In this document: positions 9,400 to 17,686 of the stretch, piece after piece
Layout of the letters: each line of letters starts with the position of its first letter
Position numbering within the stretch: position 1 is the first letter of the stretch
NCBI GenBank assembly: GCA_902531885.1
Contig: CACAFZ010000002.1
Coordinates: 41,247-105,246 of the forward strand
Reading direction: 5' to 3'
Origin: an uncultured Pelagibacteraceae bacterium
GTDB lineage: Bacteria > Pseudomonadota > Alphaproteobacteria > Pelagibacterales > Pelagibacteraceae
Length of the DNA stretch: 64,000 nt
Made by a program: the position numbers and the translations under genes
The notes under the pieces: model-generated
What the model saw: the letters and a program-made list of their open reading frames with translations, nothing else
The model's database searches: none
What the model was told of the DNA's origin: nothing

Positions 9400-9807
9400 C
9401 TAATTTAATTTTTTCTTCGGAGCTTTTATTCTCACAAGAGGCATACGTCCTGAACCTCTTTTTTGATATTCTAATAGTCCAACTTTAGGATCTGAAAGTT
9501 CTTTTAATAATTTCCATTTAGTAGGTTGATGTAATCCAAACCAATTATATAAATTTTTATTATCGATATAGATCCATTTGTGGGAGGTATCTTTACCTTT
9601 AAACTCGGCTCTCGAACCATAAACCAGGCCTTGTTTAGTTCTGATATATTGAAACAATCTCACGGCACACAAACCATGATCGGCAAAAGCATTGAATTGA
9701 TAAATTGATAACGGTCCCATTATAAAATGTACGTCGCCCTCAAAACTTCCTTTGTATTTTTCCTCTTCAGCAGCAACAGAAATATTTTTTATATTATATA
9801 TAGTCAT
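9400..9807 (-). CDS. putative winged-helix DNA-binding protein (element)
   Basis: FGLHQPTKWKLLKELSDPKVGLLEYQKRGSGRMPLVRI resembles a recognition helix plus wing; directly follows the polymerase. Confidence 0.6.
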   Translation of the reverse strand: MTIYNIKNISVAAEEEKYKGSFEGDVHFIMGPLSIYQFNAFADHGLCAVRLFQYIRTKQGLVYGSRAEFKGKDTSHKWIYIDNKNLYNWFGLHQPTKWKLLKELSDPKVGLLEYQKRGSGRMPLVRIKAPKKKLN

Positions 9808-9836
9808 AATTACATTATTAAATATATAACCAGGGG

Positions 9837-11714
9837 CTAACCAACTTGTAGTACCTGGGCTGCGTAATCGTTAGTAGGTTGTTGATTTTCGTATTTTGTT
9901 ATCTCATCAAAGATCTCGTCAAAAAGTTCCTGGTGTTTAGGTTCTTGTTTCCAGTTTGATGTAATCTTTTCACTATCAACTCTAATCAAACCTCCGACAA
10001 CATCTTTAGCTGCTATTTCCATTAAACTAATAGCCTGATCTTTTTGCCATGTATCGGGGATCGGGATTTCAATTATCAAAGCGTCGTGCAGCAAGGCAAT
10101 AACTTTTATATGGTTATCTAATAATTTCTGAATAGCTTTTCTTAAAATATCTGCGCCAGTAGTTTGAATAATAAAATTTTTTAATTGATTGTTAATACTT
10201 TGACGTTTTCCGTCTTTCCATTTTTTATTTCCTTTAATCCAACGCTGCCAACCAAGTGAAGATCTTAAATGGCCCGTGATAGCTGAACCATTAATCCAGG
10301 TTTCTCTTTTATCAAAATAAATTTTATAAAGTTCTTTAAATCTTTTTAAATATCCCTTTGCAGTAAATTTAGAACAATCTAATCTTCGAGCAACTTCTTT
10401 AACTCCCATACCATATGAATTCGCTAAAAATAATTCTTTAACCACATCACGTTGAGTTGCGTGAGTTTCTTTTGTTGCGTTTGGATCATTAATCATACCC
10501 AGTTGTTGGGCCGTTGTTATGTATAGATCGTGTGTGTTGTAAGCCTCTAATAATCTATGGTCCCCTGAAAGGTGTCCCATGATCGCTGGTTCCTGGGCTT
10601 TGTAATCTAAATAATATAATTCAGTTCCCCAACCTGGTTTAATAAAATTTCTAACCCACTTACTTGCGTTCAATGGATATTTGGAAGAGGAGGGCGTACA
10701 TCTTGACGTAATTGTTCCAAACATATTTAGATCAGCACGTACACGTCCGTCGTGTCCAACCTTATAAAAACTTAGTTTAGTAGTATTAATTAATTTATTT
10801 AATTGTCTGAATTCTTTAATGAGAGGGTGTCTATGTTCAAACTTTTTAACAACATCATCATTTGCCGTGTAATGTCCACTCTTTAAAAGGGGCCAGGTTC
10901 TTCCTAATCCACATTTAATTATTAGCTGCTTAAACTTATCTCGATTAAATTTAAGATCATCTGTAAAAATATTTAATCTTTTATTTCTTTTTGTGATTAT
11001 TTTATCTTTAACTTTTACCCAGTTCTCATTGAACCTATTGATTAGATCTACATCAACGGGAATTCCGTATCTTTGTATTTGAGCTATATTCCCCTGAGTG
11101 TAGCCTCTAAAAGTAATTTCCCAAAGAGTTCTTTCAAAATCTTCTTCAGTAGTTAATTTATTTTTATCTTCAATGTCCTGGCACTGAGCTACAAATAATC
11201 TTTCAAGTTCTTCTACATCTGTTTGACAATAATCTAAAATGCGCTTTTGATCTTGTTTAGAGTAATCGAAAGGTAATTCTGAGTATTCATTTCTTCTTAA
11301 AATAAAATCTAACTCCTTATCCTTTTGATCCTGGGGGATAGTTTCAATGTTATACCTGGCGCAAGTGTCTAGTAATCCAGTTTTATTCTTTTCTAAGAAC
11401 GGACCATACATACATTTATTTTCAACAAAGCAATCAAACATATAAGGAGGTTTGCCTTGTAGTAATTGTAAAAAGGATCCGTGTTCTGCTACTGCATTAA
11501 AAGAGATTAATAAACAATTTGAATAATCGAAAAAGGGTGGGTGTAATTCTTTATCATCAACCCAGTATCTAAATATTTCTTTAGTGAAGATATCTTTGAA
11601 AACTACACAAAGAATTCTTTGGGGGATTGTCCCAGTTAAATCGGATAGATACTCGGTGTCCATGGCTAGGACTCTGGAAAACCCATTTTTGATATATTCT
11701 AAAAGTTTCATCAA
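9837..11714 (-). CDS. family A DNA polymerase (3'-5' exonuclease + polymerase, no 5' nuclease), element-encoded
   Basis: ExoI MDTEY, ExoIII YCQTDV, GTITSRCT, motif A LDYKAQEP, motif B RDVVKELFLANSYG, NFIIQTTGADI, motif C LHDAL. Confidence 0.95.
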   Translation of the reverse strand: MMKLLEYIKNGFSRVLAMDTEYLSDLTGTIPQRILCVVFKDIFTKEIFRYWVDDKELHPPFFDYSNCLLISFNAVAEHGSFLQLLQGKPPYMFDCFVENKCMYGPFLEKNKTGLLDTCARYNIETIPQDQKDKELDFILRRNEYSELPFDYSKQDQKRILDYCQTDVEELERLFVAQCQDIEDKNKLTTEEDFERTLWEITFRGYTQGNIAQIQRYGIPVDVDLINRFNENWVKVKDKIITKRNKRLNIFTDDLKFNRDKFKQLIIKCGLGRTWPLLKSGHYTANDDVVKKFEHRHPLIKEFRQLNKLINTTKLSFYKVGHDGRVRADLNMFGTITSRCTPSSSKYPLNASKWVRNFIKPGWGTELYYLDYKAQEPAIMGHLSGDHRLLEAYNTHDLYITTAQQLGMINDPNATKETHATQRDVVKELFLANSYGMGVKEVARRLDCSKFTAKGYLKRFKELYKIYFDKRETWINGSAITGHLRSSLGWQRWIKGNKKWKDGKRQSINNQLKNFIIQTTGADILRKAIQKLLDNHIKVIALLHDALIIEIPIPDTWQKDQAISLMEIAAKDVVGGLIRVDSEKITSNWKQEPKHQELFDEIFDEITKYENQQPTNDYAAQVLQVG

Positions 11715-12082
11715 TGTTCAGTTCCTCTTTTATCTTTCTTGTTCTTACTTTTTTTCTTCTCAACATATTTTATTTTTTCCTTTCCTTTCTTTTCTTCTAA
11801 GTATTTGCGCCAGTGTTTTATTTCCCCATTGGCACGTTTTTTCTTCATATACTCTCGCATATAAATTTTTCTATCTCTTACATAAATTCCTGCTGCTATC
11901 CATTTTTGATTTAATTTTAAATAACAATATTTCCAGTTTCCGATTTCATCTCTTACATCTAAATATTTGTCATATAAGAGTTCATTAATTTTCATTTCTT
12001 TTTTAATATTGAAATCCTGGATCTTGATTATTTTTTCTTGGATCGAGATTATCTTTTCCAGGTCCTTTATTATCTTTTGCAT
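11711..12082 (-). CDS. hypothetical basic/coiled-coil protein (element)
   Basis: 123 aa ORF with start/stop overlaps on both sides. Confidence 0.65.
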   Translation of the reverse strand: MQKIIKDLEKIISIQEKIIKIQDFNIKKEMKINELLYDKYLDVRDEIGNWKYCYLKLNQKWIAAGIYVRDRKIYMREYMKKKRANGEIKHWRKYLEEKKGKEKIKYVEKKKSKNKKDKRGTEH

Positions 12083-12507
12083 TAGTGAACCGTCGGACCT
12101 TTTAATTTCTTTTTAATATTTTCTACTTCTTCTTTTTCAAATTCACAAAACCATTTATAGGCTTTCGGATTTTGTTCATCTTTAAGAATACGACCACAAC
12201 AATCGCAACAAGTAATTCCAAAAAATTTAAAACAACCCTCATAAAAACTATTTAAATAAAACTTCTCATCAAAGGCGTGTTCTTGATCTTCTTGGTAAGC
12301 TCTAAAATCCATATATGCTTTTAATCTATAAGCACTTGGTAAAAATAGTTCCCACAAATCCTCAAAGGTTGGTTTGCCATTTTCTATGTTTTTCTCTCGG
12401 GCGTGTTTATATCTTTTTGATTTATTTAATTTTTTAATCCAATTTTTGTATTGTTTTTCATGGCCGTCGGGAACCCAACATAATTTGTGATTAACTATTT
12501 TCTTCAT
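12082..12507 (-). CDS. hypothetical protein with Cys cluster (element)
   Basis: 141 aa, CCDCCGR motif, ATGA overlap with the upstream ORF, GGGAGG Shine-Dalgarno. Confidence 0.7.
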   Translation of the reverse strand: MKKIVNHKLCWVPDGHEKQYKNWIKKLNKSKRYKHAREKNIENGKPTFEDLWELFLPSAYRLKAYMDFRAYQEDQEHAFDEKFYLNSFYEGCFKFFGITCCDCCGRILKDEQNPKAYKWFCEFEKEEVENIKKKLKGPTVH

Positions 12508-12725
12508 AGGTCCTCCCTACGAAAACCCAGGCTTTTATAGTATTTCCGATCGTCTTTGTCTTTTGGCTCTACAATAAAATCTATGTAATCGTCGCCCTGG
12601 TTATGTATTTTAACGTCATCAGGGAGCTGCCTAATCAATCTTTCCATAGAAATTAAACAAGAAAGCAAATCAATTTTTGTTTTACTATCGCCAAATATAT
12701 TTTTTCCTCTAATTGTTAAAATCAT
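12504..12725 (-). CDS. hypothetical protein (element)
   Basis: 73 aa ORF tightly packed in the operon. Confidence 0.6.
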   Translation of the reverse strand: MILTIRGKNIFGDSKTKIDLLSCLISMERLIRQLPDDVKIHNQGDDYIDFIVEPKDKDDRKYYKSLGFRREDL

Positions 12726-12726
12726 A

Positions 12727-13347
12727 TTATCCCCAGTTATTTAAAACTGCCTCGTGTTTAGCGTCCGTGATAATTCTATCTTCGAAAACTAATTCAATTA
12801 TTTCCTCAGTAGTCATTGTTGAGAATTCAGGTTCGATACTCAATCCAACACCTGGGGGCCTCGTAACAAATCCACGTTTGCCCTCCCAATTAATTTTGAT
12901 CCACTCTTTTTGTCCAAGCTCAACTGCTTTTCTAATCGACAAACCTTTCTTTGCAGCTTTGCCTCCCCATTTATAATTAACAAACCAAATACGTTCGACG
13001 CCCGTATCTGAAACGTAAGGAGCTATTACATATTCTTTGATCTTAAAATCACACATCATATTTACTTTTGAAAATGTTGTTGGATCTTGGATCTGTACTA
13101 CGTATTTAATATCTTCGCCGTCGGGATCTAATAATTTAACTCCGTGAACCTTTATACAATCTTCCCAGTTGTCGCCTCTAAATCTTACAAATTTATGTTG
13201 TGTAGGACTTTCTTCATCTATTTCTTGTCCACTAGCAACGGCGTCCTCCATTTCAAGAGATTGTTGTGTTGTTGTTTTAGCTTGATCGAAATCAAACTTT
13301 ATTTTTGACGGTACTGTTTTGATTTTATTTTGTGTTTCGTTATCCAT
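12727..13347 (-). CDS. hypothetical protein, candidate PolA accessory/ssDNA-binding protein (element)
   Basis: 206 aa, beta-rich and aromatic (RIWFV, KEWIKINW, EPEF, VFEDRII); in an operon with PolA; function is inference. Confidence 0.65.
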   Translation of the reverse strand: MDNETQNKIKTVPSKIKFDFDQAKTTTQQSLEMEDAVASGQEIDEESPTQHKFVRFRGDNWEDCIKVHGVKLLDPDGEDIKYVVQIQDPTTFSKVNMMCDFKIKEYVIAPYVSDTGVERIWFVNYKWGGKAAKKGLSIRKAVELGQKEWIKINWEGKRGFVTRPPGVGLSIEPEFSTMTTEEIIELVFEDRIITDAKHEAVLNNWG

Positions 13348-13375
13348 ATTTTTACCTTGTCTTATGAGTTAGCTT

Positions 13376-13486
13376 TTAAATAACTTCCTCCTTGATTATC
13401 CAATCTCTATTTTTATTTTGGATTACGTCCAACAATAGGTAAGGCTGATTGATTTTCCTTTTCTGTTGTTTCGTTAAATCGGTCAT
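13376..13486 (-). CDS. small hypothetical protein, 36 aa, not in ORF track (element)
   Basis: MTDLTKQQKRKINQPYLLLDVIQNKNRDWIIKEEVI; ATGA overlap with the upstream stop; GAGG Shine-Dalgarno. Confidence 0.5.
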   Translation of the reverse strand: MTDLTKQQKRKINQPYLLLDVIQNKNRDWIIKEEVI

Positions 13487-14319
13487 ATAGGCCTCTTCAA
13501 ATCTGATATTCCACCACGGCCCCATTTACGATCCCAGTCGTCTTGCTCTCGGGCCAATCTTTTATCTGCCAGGTCTTTTATTTTCAGGTCCAAGGGGATC
13601 TCAGGTTCTTTAGGTTCTTCTTTGACGGTTAATATACTTGTATCAATAACTGGAACCGTAAATTTAGGATATTCAGGTTCCTTATACTTACCAATAAATT
13701 TAAGATCTGATTTATCTAAATATTTTGTTCCGTTTTTATAATATTCACGATTTAATATTTTTTTAATCTCATTACGTTCTTCAGGGGTGTCAGCAGCTTG
13801 TTTTAATAGTTGCCATGTATCAGGACCACCAGTCATCTGTCTGCTACGTTCTAATCTTTCAGCTAAAGCCCCAACTTGTTCAGGTGTAGCTCTTTCAGGA
13901 TATTTTGGTTTATTAATATTATTTTTTAGAATAGGGGCGTTAGAAACTTTAGGATATCCAGGCTCTTTCTTTTGTGAGTTTTCAATACCAAATTCTTTTA
14001 ATTTTTTTAGATAAGGATCATTGTTTCTTTGTAGAATATTTTTATTGCGTCCTAGTTTAGTAAGTTTTTTATCTTCTTCTGCTATGGCTTTATCATAGTC
14101 TTTTCCTAGATTAACTCCGTCGTATTTCTCAGTATAGTGTTTAATTCTTCTAAGAATATTTGGATCTTTGTTTGCGTCCTCATCACTTTTAAAATCAAAC
14201 TCTAATTGTTTCGGATTATAATTTTCAACAGTTTTATCGGTAAGTGTTTTCTTATTTTCATAACCAGGATTAGTTATTAAATCAGGGGTACCTCCGTTAT
14301 ATCTTAAACTATATTTCAT
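13483..14319 (-). CDS. hypothetical protein, charged/low complexity (element)
   Basis: 278 aa ORF coupled to the upstream gene. Confidence 0.7.
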   Translation of the reverse strand: MKYSLRYNGGTPDLITNPGYENKKTLTDKTVENYNPKQLEFDFKSDEDANKDPNILRRIKHYTEKYDGVNLGKDYDKAIAEEDKKLTKLGRNKNILQRNNDPYLKKLKEFGIENSQKKEPGYPKVSNAPILKNNINKPKYPERATPEQVGALAERLERSRQMTGGPDTWQLLKQAADTPEERNEIKKILNREYYKNGTKYLDKSDLKFIGKYKEPEYPKFTVPVIDTSILTVKEEPKEPEIPLDLKIKDLADKRLAREQDDWDRKWGRGGISDLKRPI

Positions 14320-14720
14320 TACTTTTTAGGATTTAAAGATTTGTTGAGGATCCATTTAAGCGTATCTCTTTCGCTTTGAGATAAATCTATTAATCTTCTA
14401 CCCAGGTCAAAGTAGTCGGAAAGATTAATTGTTTTAACTCCTTTAGGTTTTTTATAATCAGAAAATTTAATTACTTTTCCACCCGAGGATAATGTAATCC
14501 TAATTATTTCTTCTCTTGGTGTACGTTTAAACCAACTATCAAAAGTTTCGCCAGGTTCACGCTGCTTTAACCATGCGTCTTGCAGCAATTCTAATCTCTC
14601 ATTTAAAGCGTCGAATTCATATTTTTCTGCGTCTGCTATTTCAATAACTTCTTTTAAATCTATTCTTGGTGTATTAGCTCCACCACTTGTCATACGTTTT
14701 TCTACATTAGATATTTTCAT
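14319..14720 (-). CDS. hypothetical protein (element)
   Basis: 133 aa, ATGA overlap with the Xis-like gene. Confidence 0.7.
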   Translation of the reverse strand: MKISNVEKRMTSGGANTPRIDLKEVIEIADAEKYEFDALNERLELLQDAWLKQREPGETFDSWFKRTPREEIIRITLSSGGKVIKFSDYKKPKGVKTINLSDYFDLGRRLIDLSQSERDTLKWILNKSLNPKK

Positions 14721-14911
14721 TTGTTGCTAATCCTTTTATCTGTTTCCCAAAGATCGTATAAAATTTTTCCGTGATTTTTATGCCAAACTTCATTTGTATC
14801 TTTACCAAGTAGGGATCTTCTTCTTCGCAAAGTTGAGGGTTTAACTTTTAAATGTTCAGCAGCTTCTTTTTCATCTGCCCAACGTTCATTATTAAAATCT
14901 TTTTTATTCAT
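14717..14911 (-). CDS. excisionase/AlpA-like HTH protein (element)
   Basis: WADEKEAAEHLKVKPSTLRRRR...GKILYD fits HTH_17/Xis; the start is likely ATG 14911 rather than 14989. Confidence 0.75.
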   Translation of the reverse strand: MNKKDFNNERWADEKEAAEHLKVKPSTLRRRRSLLGKDTNEVWHKNHGKILYDLWETDKRISNK

Positions 14912-14954
14912 ATAAACTTTTTTATCTTTATTTAAATCGATTTCAAAGATTATC

Positions 14955-15015
14955 AATGACACGGAAAAAACGTGGTACAAAATTACCACGGAACCTATAT
15001 TTGGCGTGGTAAATT
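14955..15015. promoter_or_regulatory. cluster of operator-like boxes upstream of the xis-polA operon
   Basis: AATGACACGGA-N5-CGTGGTAC (14955-14978) followed by TACCACG-N14-CGTGGTAAATT (14984-15015). Confidence 0.7.
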
Positions 15016-15667
15016 ATTTTTTAAGGATTTTTTGACAGATAGCTTTAAATTCTTTTGCTTTGAACCTAAACTCTTCTTTTATCCATCTATTATATTCTGA
15101 TTTCTTTTCTTCTAATACTCTTCTACGTTTCTCAATTATTTGTTCGCAAATTTTATCGTGTTCGTGTTCATAAAAACTTTTTCTTTGTACTAACTTTTTA
15201 TTTATTTGAGTTTTACTTGGACTGACTTTCGTGAAATCAACTCCATGCAGCGAACAACAAATTTTAAAATTTTCATTTACAATGGTTCTCGGACCTTTAT
15301 CTTTATTATTTTTTATATTCATTTGGTCCTCGATAAATTTAACTAAATAAAATCTTTGTTTATCTTTTTCTTTGAAAGGTCTGTTTGTATTGGCAACCAA
15401 AACGTCCATAGCGTCCTGGGCTGTGTCATACATACTTTTCGCATAGTGTCCCAGGTTATTCCAAGTATAAATAATTCGATCTTGATAAAATAGATCAGCC
15501 AGTTCTTCTTGGACGTTCTTATAAAATTTTTTAGGATCACTGGTTCCCCATAAATCTAATCCACCAGTAATTTTTTCTGCTTCTTTCAGCGTCATCTTCT
15601 TTGACGCCTTTCTTCGTTTTTGACTGCCCATAGCCCAGGTATATCGGACCATGGACAGATTTACCAC
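15014..15667 (-). CDS. hypothetical protein downstream of integrase (element)
   Basis: 217 aa ORF; the true start may be a later Met. Confidence 0.7.
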   Translation of the reverse strand: MVNLSMVRYTWAMGSQKRRKASKKMTLKEAEKITGGLDLWGTSDPKKFYKNVQEELADLFYQDRIIYTWNNLGHYAKSMYDTAQDAMDVLVANTNRPFKEKDKQRFYLVKFIEDQMNIKNNKDKGPRTIVNENFKICCSLHGVDFTKVSPSKTQINKKLVQRKSFYEHEHDKICEQIIEKRRRVLEEKKSEYNRWIKEEFRFKAKEFKAICQKILKK

Positions 15668-15675
15668 GAAAACAT

Positions 15676-17058
15676 TTAGGCAACGTGTGATCTTCTTTTT
15701 GCAATTTGATTTATTCTTTGACGTTTAATCTCATCTGAAACTTTTATATATTTTTCAATGGATTTGTGATCTCGCCAACCTCCTAACTCCTGGATAGCTT
15801 TACTGTCCCCAGTTATTCCATATCCAATAGTTGCCCAGGTATGTCTAAGAAAATGAATACATTTAAAAGGCAACTTCGCTAATTTAATTATAGTAGCGTG
15901 AGTTTTACGTGGATCTCTAATATGCAAAGTTTTTATTTTGGTTATTTTATTTTTCTTTCTATTTTTTAGAACCTTGAAACGAGTAGGGAACACATACTTA
16001 AATCTTTTATCTCTATGATTTATTGTTCGTCTGTGTTTTGCCATTATTCTTAAAATAGCTCTAAATCTATAATCAAAAAACAATGTCATTGGTTCATCAT
16101 TTTTTGTGTCCTGGTAATAGATTTTATTACTATCGAAATTAATTTGGTCCCACATCAAACTAAATACCTGGTTCTTTGATCTTGCTCCAAGTAATCTAGC
16201 AGCACGTAACGAGAAACACGGAACAAGGTACTTTTCCCGATCTTGTCTAATTAACTTTAAACTAGCTTTTCTGTATCGTTTAAGTTCAGATTCAGTGTAA
16301 GGAGCCTCACGGTCCAATCTTCCTTTTTCCTTAAAGAGTTCTTTCTTTTTAAAATATGCAACTCTCTTTTTGAGTATTGCCGTTTCTTCAGCATATTCCT
16401 CAACGGATTGTATAACCTCAATAACTCTATTTGATTGATACTTACTCCATTTCATAATGGCTCTATGGAATTGTAAATAATCATCTTTTGTGAGATCAAT
16501 CATAGGCTTATTCACAATGTCCATAAAAGGCATTTTGTATAAAGACTTATGACCTGGGTTCTTGCTTTTCTGTTTAATATAAACATTAAACAAGCTCAGA
16601 TAATTCTCATAGGACTTTAAACTTTTAGCTCTATTCTCAATCCATATTTCAGCAACATCACAAAGACTTTTTCCTTTTGATCTTCTTGCAACAATCACAT
16701 TTGGATCTTCATTTCTTAGGATCTTAGCTTTCATTTCTTCAGCCATTTTACGTGCGACTGCTGGTGTTATTCCAACAAGATCTTTTTCTTTCGGATCGTT
16801 TTTGTCATACCAACGACCAAGAGTTTTATTTATTTTTTCAAAATAATTTCCTTTCTCATCTTTTCCTTTTGGTCTGTATCTGAAAATAAATGATCTTTGT
16901 CCTCCAGGACTAACTCTAGCTCTAAAGCCCATTAAATTTTTATCTTTAATGATCTTTTCCTTGTAGTAGTTTCCTTTCGGAATAGGTTTAAGCAGCGCCA
17001 TGATTTGATTATCAATTCGCACTCTTCCGTCATCATCAAGTTTTATTTCTTTTTTCAT
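15676..17058 (-). CDS. int: tyrosine integrase with N-terminal arm-binding domain (P4-like architecture)
   Basis: N-terminal GFRARVSPGGQRSFIFRYR..TLGRW; catalytic GARS (R), DTKND (K), HFLRH, LGGW and KYI (Y). Confidence 0.93.
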   Translation of the reverse strand: MKKEIKLDDDGRVRIDNQIMALLKPIPKGNYYKEKIIKDKNLMGFRARVSPGGQRSFIFRYRPKGKDEKGNYFEKINKTLGRWYDKNDPKEKDLVGITPAVARKMAEEMKAKILRNEDPNVIVARRSKGKSLCDVAEIWIENRAKSLKSYENYLSLFNVYIKQKSKNPGHKSLYKMPFMDIVNKPMIDLTKDDYLQFHRAIMKWSKYQSNRVIEVIQSVEEYAEETAILKKRVAYFKKKELFKEKGRLDREAPYTESELKRYRKASLKLIRQDREKYLVPCFSLRAARLLGARSKNQVFSLMWDQINFDSNKIYYQDTKNDEPMTLFFDYRFRAILRIMAKHRRTINHRDKRFKYVFPTRFKVLKNRKKNKITKIKTLHIRDPRKTHATIIKLAKLPFKCIHFLRHTWATIGYGITGDSKAIQELGGWRDHKSIEKYIKVSDEIKRQRINQIAKRRSHVA

Positions 17059-17104
17059 TTTCTTCTTTCTTCCTTTCTTATTTAGTTTTTGTTTTTAGAA
17101 AGTA

Positions 17105-17128
17105 AATGACACGGATCTTTCGTGGTAC
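17105..17128. promoter_or_regulatory. operator-like box upstream of integrase
   Basis: AATGACACGGA-TCTTT-CGTGGTAC, identical to 14955-14978 except for the 5 bp spacer. Confidence 0.7.
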
Positions 17129-17132
17129 GCAT

Positions 17133-17241
17133 AGCCCCCAACGTAGCCCCCAAACAAATCTACATAGTAAATTTAAGCGTGATTTATCAGGGTTATAAAA
17201 TTGATCGCAGCCCCCAATCTGCCCCCAAAGAGATCTACATA
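17133..17241 (+). repeat. integrase arm-type sites (two pairs) in attR
   Basis: GCCCCCAA at 17134, 17146, 17210 and 17221; both pairs are followed by ATCTACATA. Confidence 0.75.
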
Positions 17242-17279
17242 TGTTTATAAATTGTTTCATTTTCTTTCTCTTTCTTTAG

Positions 17280-17308
17280 TTGAAAAGATAAGTGTTTATG
17301 CGTATAAC
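17280..17308 (+). promoter_or_regulatory. element-supplied sigma70 promoter for the reconstituted tRNA-Pro
   Basis: TTGAAA (17280-17285), 17 bp spacer, TATAAC (17303-17308), 8 nt before the tRNA. Confidence 0.75.
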
Positions 17309-17316
17309 CAAGGCCT

Positions 17317-17393
<77 letters not shown>

Positions 17394-17400
17394 TTTAGAT

Positions 17401-17682
17401 ATGAAAAAAGCAAAAATTTATAAACCTTCAAAAACTGCAATGCAATCTGGAAATAAAAAATATAATAAATGGTTATTAGAATTTATTACTGAAGAGACCG
17501 GTATAAACCCTTTGATGGGATGGGAAAGTTCCAGTGATACTTTAAGTGAATTAAGACTTGAATTCTCAAGTAAAGATTTAGCTATTGAATATGCAAAAAA
17601 AAATAAAATTCATTATGAATTAATACAACCAAACGATAGAAAAATAGTAAAAAAATCATATGCTGATAATTTTACAAAATAA
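17401..17682 (+). CDS. ETC complex I accessory subunit (NDUFS4-like)
   Basis: [23 protein letters not shown] and KSYADNF motifs; real start ATG 17401. Confidence 0.92.
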   Translation: MKKAKIYKPSKTAMQSGNKKYNKWLLEFITEETGINPLMGWESSSDTLSELRLEFSSKDLAIEYAKKNKIHYELIQPNDRKIVKKSYADNFTK

Positions 17683-17686
17683 TTAA

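Noticed and set aside
9837-11714. Host polA gene
   Set aside because: It lacks the 5'-3' nuclease domain, is divergent, and lies inside the att-bounded element.
14912-14989. N-terminal extension of the 90 aa Xis-like ORF
   Set aside because: It overlaps the operator-box cluster; the HTH domain begins after ATG 14911.
17133-17241. CRISPR-like mini-array
   Set aside because: Only two imperfect units, no cas genes, and better explained as integrase arm sites.
17078-17260. 60 aa minus-strand ORF upstream of the integrase
   Set aside because: Its repeated WG motifs simply translate the GCCCCCAA arm sites, so it is probably not coding. A purine-rich upstream tract means it cannot be fully excluded.
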